From assembly GCA_965247115.1 (NCBI GenBank), contig CBDFGR010000003.1, positions 544,001-608,000 of the forward strand: a stretch of DNA of 64,000 nucleotides. The letters are read 5' to 3'. This document shows positions 9,903-20,508 of the stretch, one piece after another (the stretch's first letter is position 1; every line of letters begins with the position of its first letter). Position numbers and translations under genes: made by a program. The notes beneath the pieces were generated by a model, which was not told where the DNA came from, did not search any database, and was given only the letters and a program-made list of their open reading frames with translations. The DNA comes from Myxococcota bacterium. Its GTDB lineage: Bacteria; Myxococcota_A; UBA9160; SZUA-336.

Positions 9903-9972
9903 CCGGCCGCGGGTCCCACTAGGCAAGCGACGCAGAGCGGCGCGCACAGCGAAGGGCCTGGCCCTGAGCGGA
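9903..9972 (-). repeat. Partial, degenerate REP-like element
   Basis: GGGTCCCACTAG followed by GCAAGCGACGCAGAGCGGCGCGCACAGCGAAGGGCCTGGCCCTGAGCGGAG. Confidence 0.7.
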
Positions 9973-10100
9973 GATACTCCCTTGCCGTCAAGCAAATCAA
10001 GCGCAGCTCCGACTTCGGCCAAACAAGTTCGGATTAAGGACCGTCCCCAAGTTCAGATTCCGAGGAGAACCGGCAACCTCCTACGGGGCTTGGCACCCAT

Positions 10101-10188
10101 GCAAGCGCCGCGGGAGCGGCGCGCGCAGCGAAGGGCGTAGCCCTGAGCGAAGGTGGGTGGCCGCGGCCGCCCGCGGCCGGGTCCCACA
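10101..10188 (-). repeat. REP-like ~90-nt multi-hairpin element, full copy
   Basis: GCAAGCGCCGCGG...AGCGAAGGGCGTAGCCCTGAGCGAAGGTGGGTGGCCGCGGCCGCCCGCGGCCGGGTCCCACA, between convergent genes. Confidence 0.85.
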
Positions 10189-10191
10189 TGT

Positions 10192-11334
10192 CTAGCGGTT
10201 CAAGAGGCGTCGAGCGATCACCAGGCGCTGGATCTCGGATGTGCCCGCGCCGATCTCCATCAGCTTCGCGTCCCGTGCGATGCGCTCGACGGGATACTCG
10301 CGGGTGTAGCCGTAGCCGCCGAAGATCTGGATGGCGTTGAGCCCCGCGCGCGTACCGGCTTCAGAGGCGAAGAGCTTGGCCGCGGAAGCCAGGGCGCTGC
10401 AGTCCGCTCCCGTGGACTCGAGGCAGCGCTGTGTGGCCTGGTACACGAGCAGCCGCGAGGCCTCGAGCTCCGTGTACATGTCTGCGAGCATCTTCTGGAC
10501 CATCTGGAAATCCGCGATGGGCCTGCCGAACTGCTCGCGCTCCTGCGCATAACGCAGCGAGTGATCGAGCGCTGCTTGGGCCAGGCCAACCGAGATCGCT
10601 GAAAGGGTGGCGCGCTCCACGTCGAGGCCGCGCATCACCATCGCCACGGCTCGGTTCTCGGTCCCAATCAGGTTCTCGGCCGGGATCTCCACGCTGTCGA
10701 AGCGCAGCTCGGCCGTGGGACTGCCGCGCATGCCCATCTTGTCGAGTGTGCGACTGCATGAGAAGCCGGCACTCTCGGCGTCGACAACGAATGCGGAGAT
10801 GCCCTGTGTCCCCAGGTCCGGCTCGGTCCTGGCGTAGACCACGAGCGTCTGGGCCTCCGAGCCGTTCGTGATGAAGGTTTTGGAGCCGTCCAGGACGTAG
10901 CCATCTCCCTTCCTCACGGCTCGACTCCGCATGCCGAGCGCGTCCGAGCCCGAGCCGGACTCCGTCAGCGCCCAAGATCCGACCGCCTGGCCCGAACACA
11001 GTGGCGGCAGGAAACGCTGCTTCTGCTCACCGCTGCAGTCGCGCAGGATGGCTCCGATGGTAAGCACCGAGTGGGCGCCGTACGAGAGCGCGACAGAGCC
11101 ACTGTGCCGTGCGAGCTCCTCCATCACGAGCGCGGCACCCAGATAGTCACCACCGCTTCCGCCGTACTCTTCGGGAACCAGCACCCCGAGCGCCCCGATC
11201 TCGCCCAGGCGCCGAAAGAAGTCGCGGGGAAACCGGTCCTCGGCGTCGATGGCCGCCGCCAGCGGAGCGAGCTCCGCCTCCGCGAGCCGTCGAACGGTGT
11301 CGCGAACCAGCTCTTGCTCTTCAGAGAGATGCAT
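10192..11334 (-). CDS. Acyl-CoA dehydrogenase, isovaleryl-CoA dehydrogenase-like
   Basis: [55 protein letters not shown]. Confidence 0.92.
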   Translation of the reverse strand: MHLSEEQELVRDTVRRLAEAELAPLAAAIDAEDRFPRDFFRRLGEIGALGVLVPEEYGGSGGDYLGAALVMEELARHSGSVALSYGAHSVLTIGAILRDCSGEQKQRFLPPLCSGQAVGSWALTESGSGSDALGMRSRAVRKGDGYVLDGSKTFITNGSEAQTLVVYARTEPDLGTQGISAFVVDAESAGFSCSRTLDKMGMRGSPTAELRFDSVEIPAENLIGTENRAVAMVMRGLDVERATLSAISVGLAQAALDHSLRYAQEREQFGRPIADFQMVQKMLADMYTELEASRLLVYQATQRCLESTGADCSALASAAKLFASEAGTRAGLNAIQIFGGYGYTREYPVERIARDAKLMEIGAGTSEIQRLVIARRLLNR

Positions 11335-11338
11335 GGGT

Positions 11339-12004
11339 TCAGACCTGAAACAGGCTCTCGTCGGGCAGCCGGATGGCAGTCAGGGCGCCGCCGTAGACCG
11401 CGCCGGTGTCTATCCCGATCGAATAGGGCAGGTTCCAGCGCACCTGCATGTCGGGCATAGGTGTGTGGCCATAGACGATCGTCACACCGAGGCTGTGAGG
11501 CAGCTCGACGGTGCTGCGCTGCCAGAGCAGGTCCCGGGGGCTCTCCTTGGAGAGGGCGTACTTGACGTCCGAGAGCTGCAGCGACTCGCGCGAGATTCCT
11601 GCATGGACGAAGGCGTACTCGCCCTCGATGTGCCAGAGCCGCAAGGAGGCATAGAACTTCTCGTGCGCGGGGGGCAGCTCGAACTTCCCACCGGAGTCGA
11701 AGTAGCCGTAGCTCTCGAGGGTGGTCTCTCCACCGTTGTGCAAGAAGGCCTCCGCTCCGAAGTAGGCGGGACCTTCCCAGCCGAGGAAGGAGAGGAACAT
11801 CCCTTCGTGGTTACCCATGAGAAAGGTGCACGCGTAGCGCTTATCGAGCTCGAGCAGGAAGTCCACCACTCCCTTGGAGTCGGGTCCCCGATCGACGTAG
11901 TCGCCCACGAACACGAGCTGATCGTGTTGCTGGAGGGGCAGCGTACTGATGAGCTCCTCGAGCTGATCAAGCTGGCCGTGGATATCGCCTACCGCGTACA
12001 GCAT
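11339..12004 (-). CDS. Metallophosphoesterase, PphA/ApaH-like Ser/Thr phosphatase family
   Basis: Start at [10 protein letters not shown] (12004); [28 protein letters not shown]. Confidence 0.9.
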   Translation of the reverse strand: MLYAVGDIHGQLDQLEELISTLPLQQHDQLVFVGDYVDRGPDSKGVVDFLLELDKRYACTFLMGNHEGMFLSFLGWEGPAYFGAEAFLHNGGETTLESYGYFDSGGKFELPPAHEKFYASLRLWHIEGEYAFVHAGISRESLQLSDVKYALSKESPRDLLWQRSTVELPHSLGVTIVYGHTPMPDMQVRWNLPYSIGIDTGAVYGGALTAIRLPDESLFQV

Positions 12005-12015
12005 CCCGTTATGCT

Positions 12016-13086
12016 CTATCGGCTGGAATCCGGCGAGCTTGGACTCCTCGCCGCGTCCCCAATGGTACCGAGTTGTCCGCAAGCTGCATAGATGTCGCTT
12101 CCGCGCGGGCGGCGCACGGTCGCTGTCACACCCGCCGCGGCGACGGTCTCGGTGAAGAGCTCGATGCGCTCCGCGTCCGGACAGCGGAGCTCGGTACCGG
12201 GGTGCTCGTTCAGAGGGATCAAGTTCACCTTGGCGCCAGCGCGGCGCGCCAGTGCGGCCAGTCGCCGCGCGTCCGCGGGCGAGTCGTTCACGTCGCGCAT
12301 GAGCGTGTACTCGAAGGAGATCCGATCGCGCCGCGCTACTGGATAGCGCGCACAGGCGTCCACGAGGGTGGCGATCGGAAAGCGTTTGTTCAGCGGAACA
12401 AGGCTGTCGCGCACGTGGTCCGTTGTCGCGTGCAGCGACACCGCCAGACGTACGGGCACCGCAGCGCCCAGCTCCCCCAGCTTGGACGCCACACCCGCCG
12501 TCGACACGGTGATACGACGCGGCGAGATGCCCAGCCCCCCCGGATGGGTCAAGACTCGGATCGCCTGGATGACATTGCGCAGGTTCAGAAGAGGCTCGCC
12601 CATGCCCATGAACACCACGTTCGTGAGCCCCGCCTGCGCCTCCCCCTCCGAAAGCAGCTCTCGGGCGTGCAGGACCTGCTCGACCATCTCGGCCGGCTCC
12701 AGGTTGCGCCCGAAGCCGAGCCGTCCGGTGGCACAGAAAGAGCAATCCAGGCTGCATCCCACCTGGGACGACACGCAGATCGTCTGGCGACGCGCCTCGG
12801 GAATCAGCACGGCCTCGATGCGGGCGCCATCGCCGCTCTCGAGCACCAGCTTCTGGGTCCCGTCGCTCGCCCGATGGGTCGCCACACGCTCGAACGAGCG
12901 AGTCTGCCAGTCGTCCGCCAGCTGGCGGCGAAGACCCTTGCTCAGGTTCGTCATCGCACCGAACTCGGGCACGCCGCGCGCGCACACCCAGCGCAGCACC
13001 TGATCCGCGTGGAAGCTCTCGATCCCCGAAGCGGCGAAGCTGCGGCGGAGCTCCTCTGGCGTGTAGTTCAGAACGGACTTCATCAA
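12016..13086 (-). CDS. rlmN: 23S rRNA m2A2503 methyltransferase RlmN (radical SAM)
   Basis: CVSSQVGCSLDCSFCATG, MGMGEP, SLHA, AACGQL. Confidence 0.95.
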   Translation of the reverse strand: MMKSVLNYTPEELRRSFAASGIESFHADQVLRWVCARGVPEFGAMTNLSKGLRRQLADDWQTRSFERVATHRASDGTQKLVLESGDGARIEAVLIPEARRQTICVSSQVGCSLDCSFCATGRLGFGRNLEPAEMVEQVLHARELLSEGEAQAGLTNVVFMGMGEPLLNLRNVIQAIRVLTHPGGLGISPRRITVSTAGVASKLGELGAAVPVRLAVSLHATTDHVRDSLVPLNKRFPIATLVDACARYPVARRDRISFEYTLMRDVNDSPADARRLAALARRAGAKVNLIPLNEHPGTELRCPDAERIELFTETVAAAGVTATVRRPRGSDIYAACGQLGTIGDAARSPSSPDSSR

Positions 13087-13709
13087 CGCTTACGGTAGTC
13101 GAAGTAGCGCAGAGTTCTCCCCTCTTCGCGCCATTCGGCCTCGTAGGCGGTCTCGCTCCGGTCGGGACGCGCTCCGGACCAGGCCTCTGGGGCGTGGAGG
13201 TTCTCGAGCGCAGGCTCCTCGGCCAGCACCTCTGCGATCCACTCGGCGTAACCCGCGTGATCGGTCGAGACATGAACCAGCCCCGCCGAGGCAAGAACAC
13301 GGGCCAGCGCCCGCACGAAATCCGGCTGGATCAGACGGCGACGAAAGTGCCGCTTCTTAGGCCAGGGATCCGGGCAGTTGATCCAGCACTCCCCGACGCA
13401 GCCCGCTGGCAGGACGCGCTCCGCGACGTACTCGGCGGAGCTGTGCACGATGCGAACGTTCGGCAGCTCTCCCCTCTGGATTCGGCGCGCGGCCTTGGTG
13501 ACACGCTTTCGTGACACTTCGACGCCGAGAAAGCGCTGCTCGGGGTGCTCCCGAGCGAGACCAAGGATGAGCTCCGCCCGCCCGAAGCCGAGCTCGAGCA
13601 CGATCGGGAGACCGCCCAGGCAGCTCCCCACTCCGCGCTCGCGCAGTGTCTCCGCCTCGAGGCAGGGATCAGCGGGAGGCGTCAAGCGAGGTTCGCGCGA
13701 ATCGGACAC
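13083..13709 (-). CDS. trmB: tRNA (guanine-N7)-methyltransferase TrmB
   Basis: ELGFGRAE, GVEVS, PDPWPKKRHFRRR, STDHAGYAE, TAYE; start placed at GTG 13709 (approximate). Confidence 0.88.
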   Translation of the reverse strand: MSDSREPRLTPPADPCLEAETLRERGVGSCLGGLPIVLELGFGRAELILGLAREHPEQRFLGVEVSRKRVTKAARRIQRGELPNVRIVHSSAEYVAERVLPAGCVGECWINCPDPWPKKRHFRRRLIQPDFVRALARVLASAGLVHVSTDHAGYAEWIAEVLAEEPALENLHAPEAWSGARPDRSETAYEAEWREEGRTLRYFDYRKR

Positions 13710-15361
13710 CAGAGTTGCGGACGCCAGGGGGCCCCTTCTGCCAGGTCCGCTCCCAGCAGCCGACCCAGCGTGGCTCGCGGTGCCTGGGCATACACGGGAA
13801 TCCCCTGGCCCGGCCCGAGTCCCGCCAGAGCTTCTGCACGGGAGAACGCCAGGTCGAGTCCCCCCAGGTGGTCGACGAGCTTGTTCTCGAACGCCTGGCG
13901 TCCGCTCCATACCCTGCCCTCCGCGACCGCCTCCAGGTCCTCGGCCGACATCTTCCGGCAGTGGGCCGCGTTCCCGGTGAAGCGATCGTAGATGCCCCGG
14001 ACCTGGCGCTCGAGCAGCGCTCGCTCGTCCTCGCTGCGGGACCCTCCGAGCGCGTAGATCCCGGCGTGCTTGCCGCGCTCCACACTCTCGAGGCCGACGC
14101 CCACTCGAGACAGCAGGCCCTCGAAGCCGAGCCCCGCCAGCACCACGCCGATCGAGCCGGTCAGCGTGGCCTCTTCTGCGACGATCTCGTTTGCGGCCAT
14201 CGCGGCGTAGTAGCCACCTGAGGCGGCCCTGTCGCCAAGGCTCGCCACCACGGGCTTCTGCTCGGCCAGCTTGCTCGCCGCTCGCCAGATCAGGTCCGAG
14301 GCCAGCGGATCTCCGCCGGGGCTGTCCACGCGCAGGATGACCGCGCGAACGCTGTCGGACCGCGAAAGCTGTCGCAGCATGCCGACCACGCCGCGGGGAG
14401 ACCCGGCCCCGGAGCGGATCAGTCCGAGTAGCGGAACCACGACGATCTGCGCGGGCCCGGAGCCGAGCGGGTGCCAGACGAAGCGACGTCGCGCCAGGCG
14501 TCGGTAGATGGTCTCCGAGAGGAAGCGCACCCCGTCGGTCGCCGGGTCGTCGCCCGGCTCCGAGCCCTCAACGCCCGCAAGCCGCTGGGGGATCTCGTCG
14601 CCATAGACGAGCTCATCCACAATACCCTCGGCAGCGGCCTCCGAGGCCAGATACGGCCCGCCATCGATCCAGCCGCGCGCACGCTCGGCATCGCCCGCGC
14701 GGCCCGACGCGAGGCCCTCCACCAGAACGCGGTACAGGTCATCCGCAACAGCCTCCAGCGCCTCGCGCGAGGGCTCGCTCATCGACTCCCTCTCGAGCGC
14801 CTCGCCTGCCGACTTGTAGCGGCCGACGGAGAGTACCTCCGGGCGAATCTCGAGCTTGTCGAGAACGCGGCGCAGAAAGACCGACTCGAAGCGGATGCCC
14901 AGCAGATCGAGCCTACCCGCCGGAGCCATCCAGAACTGGTCGGCCAGTCCGCCCAGCCATGCGCCGGCGTTGCCGGTCGAGTCGGCGTGTACGACGAGAC
15001 GCTTGCCGGAGGCTCGCACGTGCGCGAACCCACGGGCCAGCGCGCTCGTCTTCGCCCACCCGATCGGAGCTCTCCCGAGCTTGACGAACACTCCTCGAAC
15101 CCGCGGATCCTCCGCCGCGAGGCGCAGCGTCTCGAGCACGTGCGGCAGCGGGCGGGGTAGCGGAAGCGCGGAGGCGAGCGACAGCTTCCCGCGTCGGGGC
15201 GCCTCGCTCACGCCGTGCTCGAGACGCAAGGCGATCCATTCGCGCGGCACGCGCAGTGCCACGGGAGCCAGCACGGCGTCGCGCACGAATCCGAACAGGT
15301 TCGCAAGCGCCCTCCCGGCGTGCCGGGCAGGGGCGCCCCGCCGGCTCGGGCTGCCCACCAT
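13682..15361 (-). CDS. sppA: Signal peptide peptidase SppA (protease IV)
   Basis: GRYKSAGE, LRVDSPGG, AASGGYY, TLTGSIGV, EGRVWSG; the ATG overlaps the upstream stop (TGATG). Confidence 0.9.
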   Translation of the reverse strand: MVGSPSRRGAPARHAGRALANLFGFVRDAVLAPVALRVPREWIALRLEHGVSEAPRRGKLSLASALPLPRPLPHVLETLRLAAEDPRVRGVFVKLGRAPIGWAKTSALARGFAHVRASGKRLVVHADSTGNAGAWLGGLADQFWMAPAGRLDLLGIRFESVFLRRVLDKLEIRPEVLSVGRYKSAGEALERESMSEPSREALEAVADDLYRVLVEGLASGRAGDAERARGWIDGGPYLASEAAAEGIVDELVYGDEIPQRLAGVEGSEPGDDPATDGVRFLSETIYRRLARRRFVWHPLGSGPAQIVVVPLLGLIRSGAGSPRGVVGMLRQLSRSDSVRAVILRVDSPGGDPLASDLIWRAASKLAEQKPVVASLGDRAASGGYYAAMAANEIVAEEATLTGSIGVVLAGLGFEGLLSRVGVGLESVERGKHAGIYALGGSRSEDERALLERQVRGIYDRFTGNAAHCRKMSAEDLEAVAEGRVWSGRQAFENKLVDHLGGLDLAFSRAEALAGLGPGQGIPVYAQAPRATLGRLLGADLAEGAPWRPQLWCPIRANLA

Positions 15362-16977
15362 CAACCGATCTTGCGACGCTTGCGAGCCAGGTAGTCGACC
15401 ATGACGTACTCGCCGATCTGGCCCGGCGTCGTGTAGAACGCACGGCCCTTGTTGATTCGTGTCATGGCTTCGACGAAGCGCATCAGCTCGGGAGAGTTGT
15501 CGAGCATGAAGGTATTGATCGTGATGCCCTTGCGGGTCACGCGGCGCACCTCTCGAAGTGTCTCCAGGTTGGCGCGGGGACTGGTGCCACCGACGCCATT
15601 GGGCCACTCGACGCGCAGCTCGTTCCCCACAAAGTACGCGGTCGGCTGACCGTCGCTGATCACAATGATCTGTGCGTTGTCGCTCGGGTGCCGGTCAATC
15701 AGGCGCTGGGCAACGCGCAACCCATCCTGCAGGTTCGTGAACGGGTCCGACATGTTCCACGACAGCTCCGGCAGCTCGTGAATCCGCAGCTCACGCGCAC
15801 GCGTATAGAACCCTACAGTGAAGAAGCGATCGCGCGGGTAGCGCGTACGAATCAGCTGGTCCATCGCTATCGCCACCTTCTTGGCGGCCGGCCAGCGCCC
15901 GGACCACGACATGGACCAGCTCATATCGAGCAGGAGCACGATCGTGGTCTCCGTCGTCTGATCGGTGTCGTAAACCTCGAGGTCGGAGGGCTCGATCTGC
16001 ACCGGGACCGTGGCCGAGCCAGGCGCGCGCCGCAGCGCGTTGCGGATCGTCCCGAGCGCGTCGAGATGCGCAGTCGTTCCGAACTCGTAGGGCTTGCTGC
16101 GCTCGGTGACAATCTCGCCGGTGCCGCGGAACTGGGTCTGATGCGCGCCCGCACCCCCGCGCCGGAGCGCCGCATAGATGTCTTCGAGCGCGAGCTCCCC
16201 CAGCTTTCGGATCGCACGCGGCGTGAGCTCGAGTCCGCCCTCGCCCTCGCGCAGGTAGCCTCCCCGCTCGAGCGCGCCTTCGAGGTCGCGCAGGATCATG
16301 ATGGATTGGAGGCCTTCGTCCCCCAGCATGTCCCTGAGCTGGTCCATGTCGAGCTGCTCGAAGTTCCCTTCGAGCAGGTCCTTCGCCATCTGCGCGAGCT
16401 GCTCGACCTGCCGCATGAGCTCGAGGGCCTCCTCAAAATCGAGGTCCTCCGCACCGCGCAGTGAGTTCTTGTTTCGCGCAAAGAACTGCTGGAGCGACTC
16501 GACGTCGCCCAGAGACTCCATCAGCTCGCGATAGGCCTCTTCCGCCACCGGGTCCGACCACTGGTAGTCCTCGAAGCGCTTGAGCGCATCGGACAGTCGA
16601 CGCGGCAGGTCGTCCTGACGGAGCTTGAAGTCGTTCCAGCTGGCGGACTCGACGCCCGATTTGTCCCGGACGGTCGACTCCTCGCGCTCGAGAGCCTGCT
16701 CCAGGCGGGACCACTTGTCGTCAAAGCTGCGGTCCATGTTGAAGCGCGACATGAGGTCGCGTGCCTGCTCGCGGAGCTGCTCGAGCATCTCCTCCATGCC
16801 CATCACGCGGAACTCCATGCCGGCCAGCTCGAAGCCCTGGTGACGCATCCACTGCAGGGCCTCATCCAGGTCGAGCCCCTCCATCAGGAATTTCGAAAGC
16901 TCGTCGAGCGCGGCGTCCGCCTCGAGGGAGAAGCCCTGCTGGGTACCGTCCCAGCTGCTGTAGCGGATTAGGACCAT
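15361..16977 (-). CDS. VWA-domain protein (Ca-activated chloride channel homologue type), partner of the adjacent AAA+ ATPase
   Basis: YSSWDGTQ N-terminus, MIDAS LLDMSWSM, FTNLQDGL, ISDGQPT. Confidence 0.88.
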   Translation of the reverse strand: MVLIRYSSWDGTQQGFSLEADAALDELSKFLMEGLDLDEALQWMRHQGFELAGMEFRVMGMEEMLEQLREQARDLMSRFNMDRSFDDKWSRLEQALEREESTVRDKSGVESASWNDFKLRQDDLPRRLSDALKRFEDYQWSDPVAEEAYRELMESLGDVESLQQFFARNKNSLRGAEDLDFEEALELMRQVEQLAQMAKDLLEGNFEQLDMDQLRDMLGDEGLQSIMILRDLEGALERGGYLREGEGGLELTPRAIRKLGELALEDIYAALRRGGAGAHQTQFRGTGEIVTERSKPYEFGTTAHLDALGTIRNALRRAPGSATVPVQIEPSDLEVYDTDQTTETTIVLLLDMSWSMSWSGRWPAAKKVAIAMDQLIRTRYPRDRFFTVGFYTRARELRIHELPELSWNMSDPFTNLQDGLRVAQRLIDRHPSDNAQIIVISDGQPTAYFVGNELRVEWPNGVGGTSPRANLETLREVRRVTRKGITINTFMLDNSPELMRFVEAMTRINKGRAFYTTPGQIGEYVMVDYLARKRRKIG

Positions 16978-16979
16978 GG

Positions 16980-18392
16980 CTAGCTGTAGAGGATGCGGCC
17001 TTCCTGGATCTCCTTGTTGAGTCGGTTGGAGAGGTGAAGTCCCTCGAGGACAAACTCGATCGCTGACGCGAGCCGGGCCGGAGTATCCGTCTCACCCAGC
17101 TTGTCGACAGCGGTACGCAGCCCGTCGATGCTGTCGACCCCGTCCGCGTAGTCGCTCGAGGGAAGCATATCTCCGGTCTCCACCTTCCAGCCGTCCTCGA
17201 ATGCGGCGATCACACCCTCCAGGTCCTGTATGTCGAAGAGCTCGTCGAACACGAGCTTGACTGCCCGCTGTGTGAGCTGCTCGACAATTTCCGCCTCGCT
17301 TTTCTCGCTGCCTGCGTACTCGAGCTCGATCTTCCCCCCCATCGCCCAGGCCAGGCCGGGCAAGTCGGTGAGGCGCGGCACGGCTTCGCGCTCGCCGAGG
17401 CGAAGCGCACGCCGCTCCGCAGACGCGAGCAGGGTCTCGTAGTTCGCGATCGACGCCCGCACCGAGACCCCAGAGACCTGGCTGATGTCCGGGCTCTGGC
17501 GCGCCTGGAGTGTCATCTCGGCCACGATCTGACGCATGTACGCCGGGGTGTGCACGGGGACGGGCTCGCTCAGCGGGCGGCTCCGCTCCTGCTGGATGAC
17601 GTCGATCTCGAGCTCCCGGCTCTTCGGGTAGTGGGAGCGGATCTGCGCCTGGTAGCGGTCCTTGAGCGGCGTGATGATGCGACCCCGTCGTGTGTAGTCC
17701 TCAGGGTTCGCGCTGGCAACGACCAGGACGTCGAGCGGAAGGCGCACCTTGAAGCCTTTGACCTGGAAGTCTCGCTCCTCGAGCACGTTGAACAGACCTA
17801 CCTGCACGCGCTCTGGCAGATCGGGCAGCTCGTTGATACAGAAGATCCCCCGATTCGTGCGCGGGATCAGGCCGTAGTGGATCGTCTTCTCATCTGCGAG
17901 ATAGCGACCCTCCGCCACGCGGATCGGATCGATCTCGCCGATCAGGTCGGCGATGCTCACGTCGGGCGTGGCCAGCTTCTCGCCGTAGCGATCCTCCCGC
18001 CCGACCCACTCGATCGGGGTGTCGTCGCCCAGCTCCGCCACGCGCTCTCGTGCCCAAACGCTGACCGGCGCAAAGGGGTCATCGTTGATCTCGCTCTCGG
18101 CGACAATGGGCAGCTCGGGGTCCAGTAGGTCGACGAGCATCCGGATCATCCGGGACTTGCCCTGGCCGCGCTCGCCGAGAAAGATCATGTCGTGACCGGC
18201 GAGGAGCGAGTGCTCGATCGCGGGAACGACCGTCTCGTCGTAGCCGATCATACTCGGAAAGAGCGGCTCCTTGCGGCGGATGCGCTCGATGGTGTTCTCG
18301 CGCAGCTCCGCGCGTATCGGCCTCGATCTGTACCCGGACTCCCGGAGCTCCCCAACGGTCCTCGCTCGACTCACCCAGCTCTCCCCAGCCAA
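16980..18392 (-). CDS. Mg-chelatase subunit I/MoxR-like AAA+ ATPase
   Basis: GERGQGKS Walker A, INELPDL, ASANPEDY, IITPLKDR. Confidence 0.88.
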   Translation of the reverse strand: MAGESWVSRARTVGELRESGYRSRPIRAELRENTIERIRRKEPLFPSMIGYDETVVPAIEHSLLAGHDMIFLGERGQGKSRMIRMLVDLLDPELPIVAESEINDDPFAPVSVWARERVAELGDDTPIEWVGREDRYGEKLATPDVSIADLIGEIDPIRVAEGRYLADEKTIHYGLIPRTNRGIFCINELPDLPERVQVGLFNVLEERDFQVKGFKVRLPLDVLVVASANPEDYTRRGRIITPLKDRYQAQIRSHYPKSRELEIDVIQQERSRPLSEPVPVHTPAYMRQIVAEMTLQARQSPDISQVSGVSVRASIANYETLLASAERRALRLGEREAVPRLTDLPGLAWAMGGKIELEYAGSEKSEAEIVEQLTQRAVKLVFDELFDIQDLEGVIAAFEDGWKVETGDMLPSSDYADGVDSIDGLRTAVDKLGETDTPARLASAIEFVLEGLHLSNRLNKEIQEGRILYS

Positions 18393-18410
18393 TCTCCGGC
18401 TGCGCGCAGC

Positions 18411-19313
18411 TTACTCGTCCTCCTCGAGGATCTCATCCTCATCGAGGACGTCGCCCTCGACCGGGTCGTCCTCGACCTCGTCCTCCACGTCGAAATCGAT
18501 CCCGATGATCAGCTCCAGGCGCCGCTTGATGATCTCGAGCTTGCCCCCGTCGGTCCTCCGGAACTCGCGTCCCGGATTCAAGGTCTTGGCCGCGGCTACC
18601 AGCACACTCGTTCGCTCCGCGCGATCGGAGGCCGAGGGGTGCGTCTGTAGGAACCCAGGCCCCCCGCCGCCGCCCTGCTCCTGTTCCAGGTACTGGAAGA
18701 AGCGGACCATCCCGTCGGGATCGTAGCCGGCCCTCACCAAGGTCTCGATCGCCAGCAGGTCCGCCGTGCTCTCGTCCTCGCGGGAGTTCGTCGCCAGGTA
18801 GGCCTTGCCGACGATGCCTGCTCCAAAGTCGGCTGCGTTCGACAGGTACGGGTTCCCCGTAGCGACCGCGACGGCGACCCCGACGACCTGCGCCGCCACT
18901 CCCGTGTTCCGGCTCTTCTTGTAGCGCTTGGCAAAATGCCGGTCCGTGACGTGCCCGATCTCGTGGGCGAGCACGCTCGCCAGCTCGCTCACATCGCTTG
19001 CGGCCGAGATGATTCCGGTGTGAAGGATGATGGTGCCGGCGGGGTAGGCACCGGCGTTGAGATCCTCGTCCTCGACGACGTAGAAGCGAATATCGAAGGG
19101 CGTGGGACGGGCGGACTCGACCAGCTCGGCGCCGAGCTCACGGATGTAATTGACGGTGACCAGGTCCCGCACGAGCGTGTTCTCGGCCCGCATCTGGCGC
19201 TGCGCCTGGCGTCCGATCTGCTTCTCCTGCTGCACGCTCAGCGTGCCGCAGCCTGCGATCGAGACCCCCAGCGCCAGCAGTAGCAGCCCTCTGAGAGATC
19301 GTTTGAGTGTCAT
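18411..19313 (-). CDS. M48 family Zn metallopeptidase lipoprotein with acidic tail
   Basis: Lipobox IAGC, LAHEIGH, SREDESTAD, FLQTHP. Confidence 0.9.
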   Translation of the reverse strand: MTLKRSLRGLLLLALGVSIAGCGTLSVQQEKQIGRQAQRQMRAENTLVRDLVTVNYIRELGAELVESARPTPFDIRFYVVEDEDLNAGAYPAGTIILHTGIISAASDVSELASVLAHEIGHVTDRHFAKRYKKSRNTGVAAQVVGVAVAVATGNPYLSNAADFGAGIVGKAYLATNSREDESTADLLAIETLVRAGYDPDGMVRFFQYLEQEQGGGGGPGFLQTHPSASDRAERTSVLVAAAKTLNPGREFRRTDGGKLEIIKRRLELIIGIDFDVEDEVEDDPVEGDVLDEDEILEEDE

Positions 19314-19344
19314 GTGGTTCCCTCGGGGGAGACGGTTTGGCGCC

Positions 19345-20493
19345 TCATTGGACAGTCGCCGGAAAGGACTTCTTCAAGGTGGAGAGCACGGAGCGGATGA
19401 CCGAAAGAACAGCGGCGTCGAACTGGACGTTGTCGATGATTGGAAGACCGTAGTGGTCGGCCTCGGCAAGGATATAGTCCTGGATGGTCAGGATCTCCCG
19501 GAGATGCTGTAGGTAGCGGTCCGCGGTGCGCTCCCGCACCTGCGACGCCCGCGAGACGAAGCGCGCGCGGTACTCGTCGGTGTCCAGAGCCGCGGCAATC
19601 AGAAAGATGACGTGTGCCCGATCGCGGTAGCGCTCCAGATCCAGGATGCCGGGCAGCAGGTTCACCCCCTCGATGAGCATGCTCGTATTCTCCTCGAGCG
19701 CGCGATCGAGAAGCGCATGAACCCCCACCGCGATCTTCTGGGCCTGCTCCCGGAAGCCGGTCAGGACGGGATCCCGAAGCCCGGTGTTCTCGGTAGGCAG
19801 GATCTCGTGGGCGTCGTACGTGGAGCAGTGGATCTCCGGCATGAGGTCACCAGAGAACATGAGCCGCATGATTTGGCGAATGGAGTCGGTCCCGATCACG
19901 CTCGCGATTTCGAGGCGACGCGCAACCTCCACCGCGATCGAGGTTTTGCCGACTCCCGTCGAGCCACCGACCAGCAGGAAGATCGGCCGCTCCTCTTGCT
20001 GCGCGTTGCGCCAGACCGTGTAGCGACTCGCCGCCCGCTCCCCGTGCGTTCGATCTATCGTCTCGCGCACCAGATCCCGCAGCTCCACGCGATCGATCGT
20101 CTCGCTGTGCTCGCGCAGCAGCCGGGCCTCCAGCTCACGCGCAACGTCGAAGGCATCGCTCGGGTCCAGACCGGCGCCCTGCAGCGAGGCGGCAAGGATG
20201 CCCTTTGAGAAGCGCTGGCCACGACCCTTGTGAACGGTGACGACCGGCGGCTCGCGCAGCGGCCGATCGACGACCTCGAGCTCGTAGCGGTCAGAGAGCA
20301 GCTCCTCGATCAGCTTGAACAGGTCCCCCGGCTCCACGCTGCCGCGGTCCGCAATCCGGTCTCGGATCTCCGTTGCGGTCGACAGGGCCACATCAAAGGG
20401 GACACCGCGAGACACCAGCGACTGTACGAGGATGCCTCGCATGAAGGGTCTGGGCCCGTCGGGACCGACCACGACCAGAGCTGAAGAGGCCAC
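19345..20493 (-). CDS. 2-phosphoglycerate kinase-like P-loop kinase with ATP-cone-like N-terminal domains
   Basis: PFMRGILVQSL and FSKGILAASL repeats, GGSTGVGKTS, GTDSIRQIMR, STYDA, IEGVNLLPG. Confidence 0.8.
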   Translation of the reverse strand: MASSALVVVGPDGPRPFMRGILVQSLVSRGVPFDVALSTATEIRDRIADRGSVEPGDLFKLIEELLSDRYELEVVDRPLREPPVVTVHKGRGQRFSKGILAASLQGAGLDPSDAFDVARELEARLLREHSETIDRVELRDLVRETIDRTHGERAASRYTVWRNAQQEERPIFLLVGGSTGVGKTSIAVEVARRLEIASVIGTDSIRQIMRLMFSGDLMPEIHCSTYDAHEILPTENTGLRDPVLTGFREQAQKIAVGVHALLDRALEENTSMLIEGVNLLPGILDLERYRDRAHVIFLIAAALDTDEYRARFVSRASQVRERTADRYLQHLREILTIQDYILAEADHYGLPIIDNVQFDAAVLSVIRSVLSTLKKSFPATVQ

Positions 20494-20508
20494 GAATTCG
20501 CGAGCTTA

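Noticed and set aside
11339..13300. 653-aa ORF and similar over-extended ORFs (13682-15607, 22131-23633, 31520-33175, 40513-42159, 41220-43481, 44122-45654, 45114-47030, 57956-59821)
   Set aside because: The N-terminal extensions overlap real upstream genes in another frame and are low-complexity R/A/P/G; starts were trimmed to motif-supported positions.
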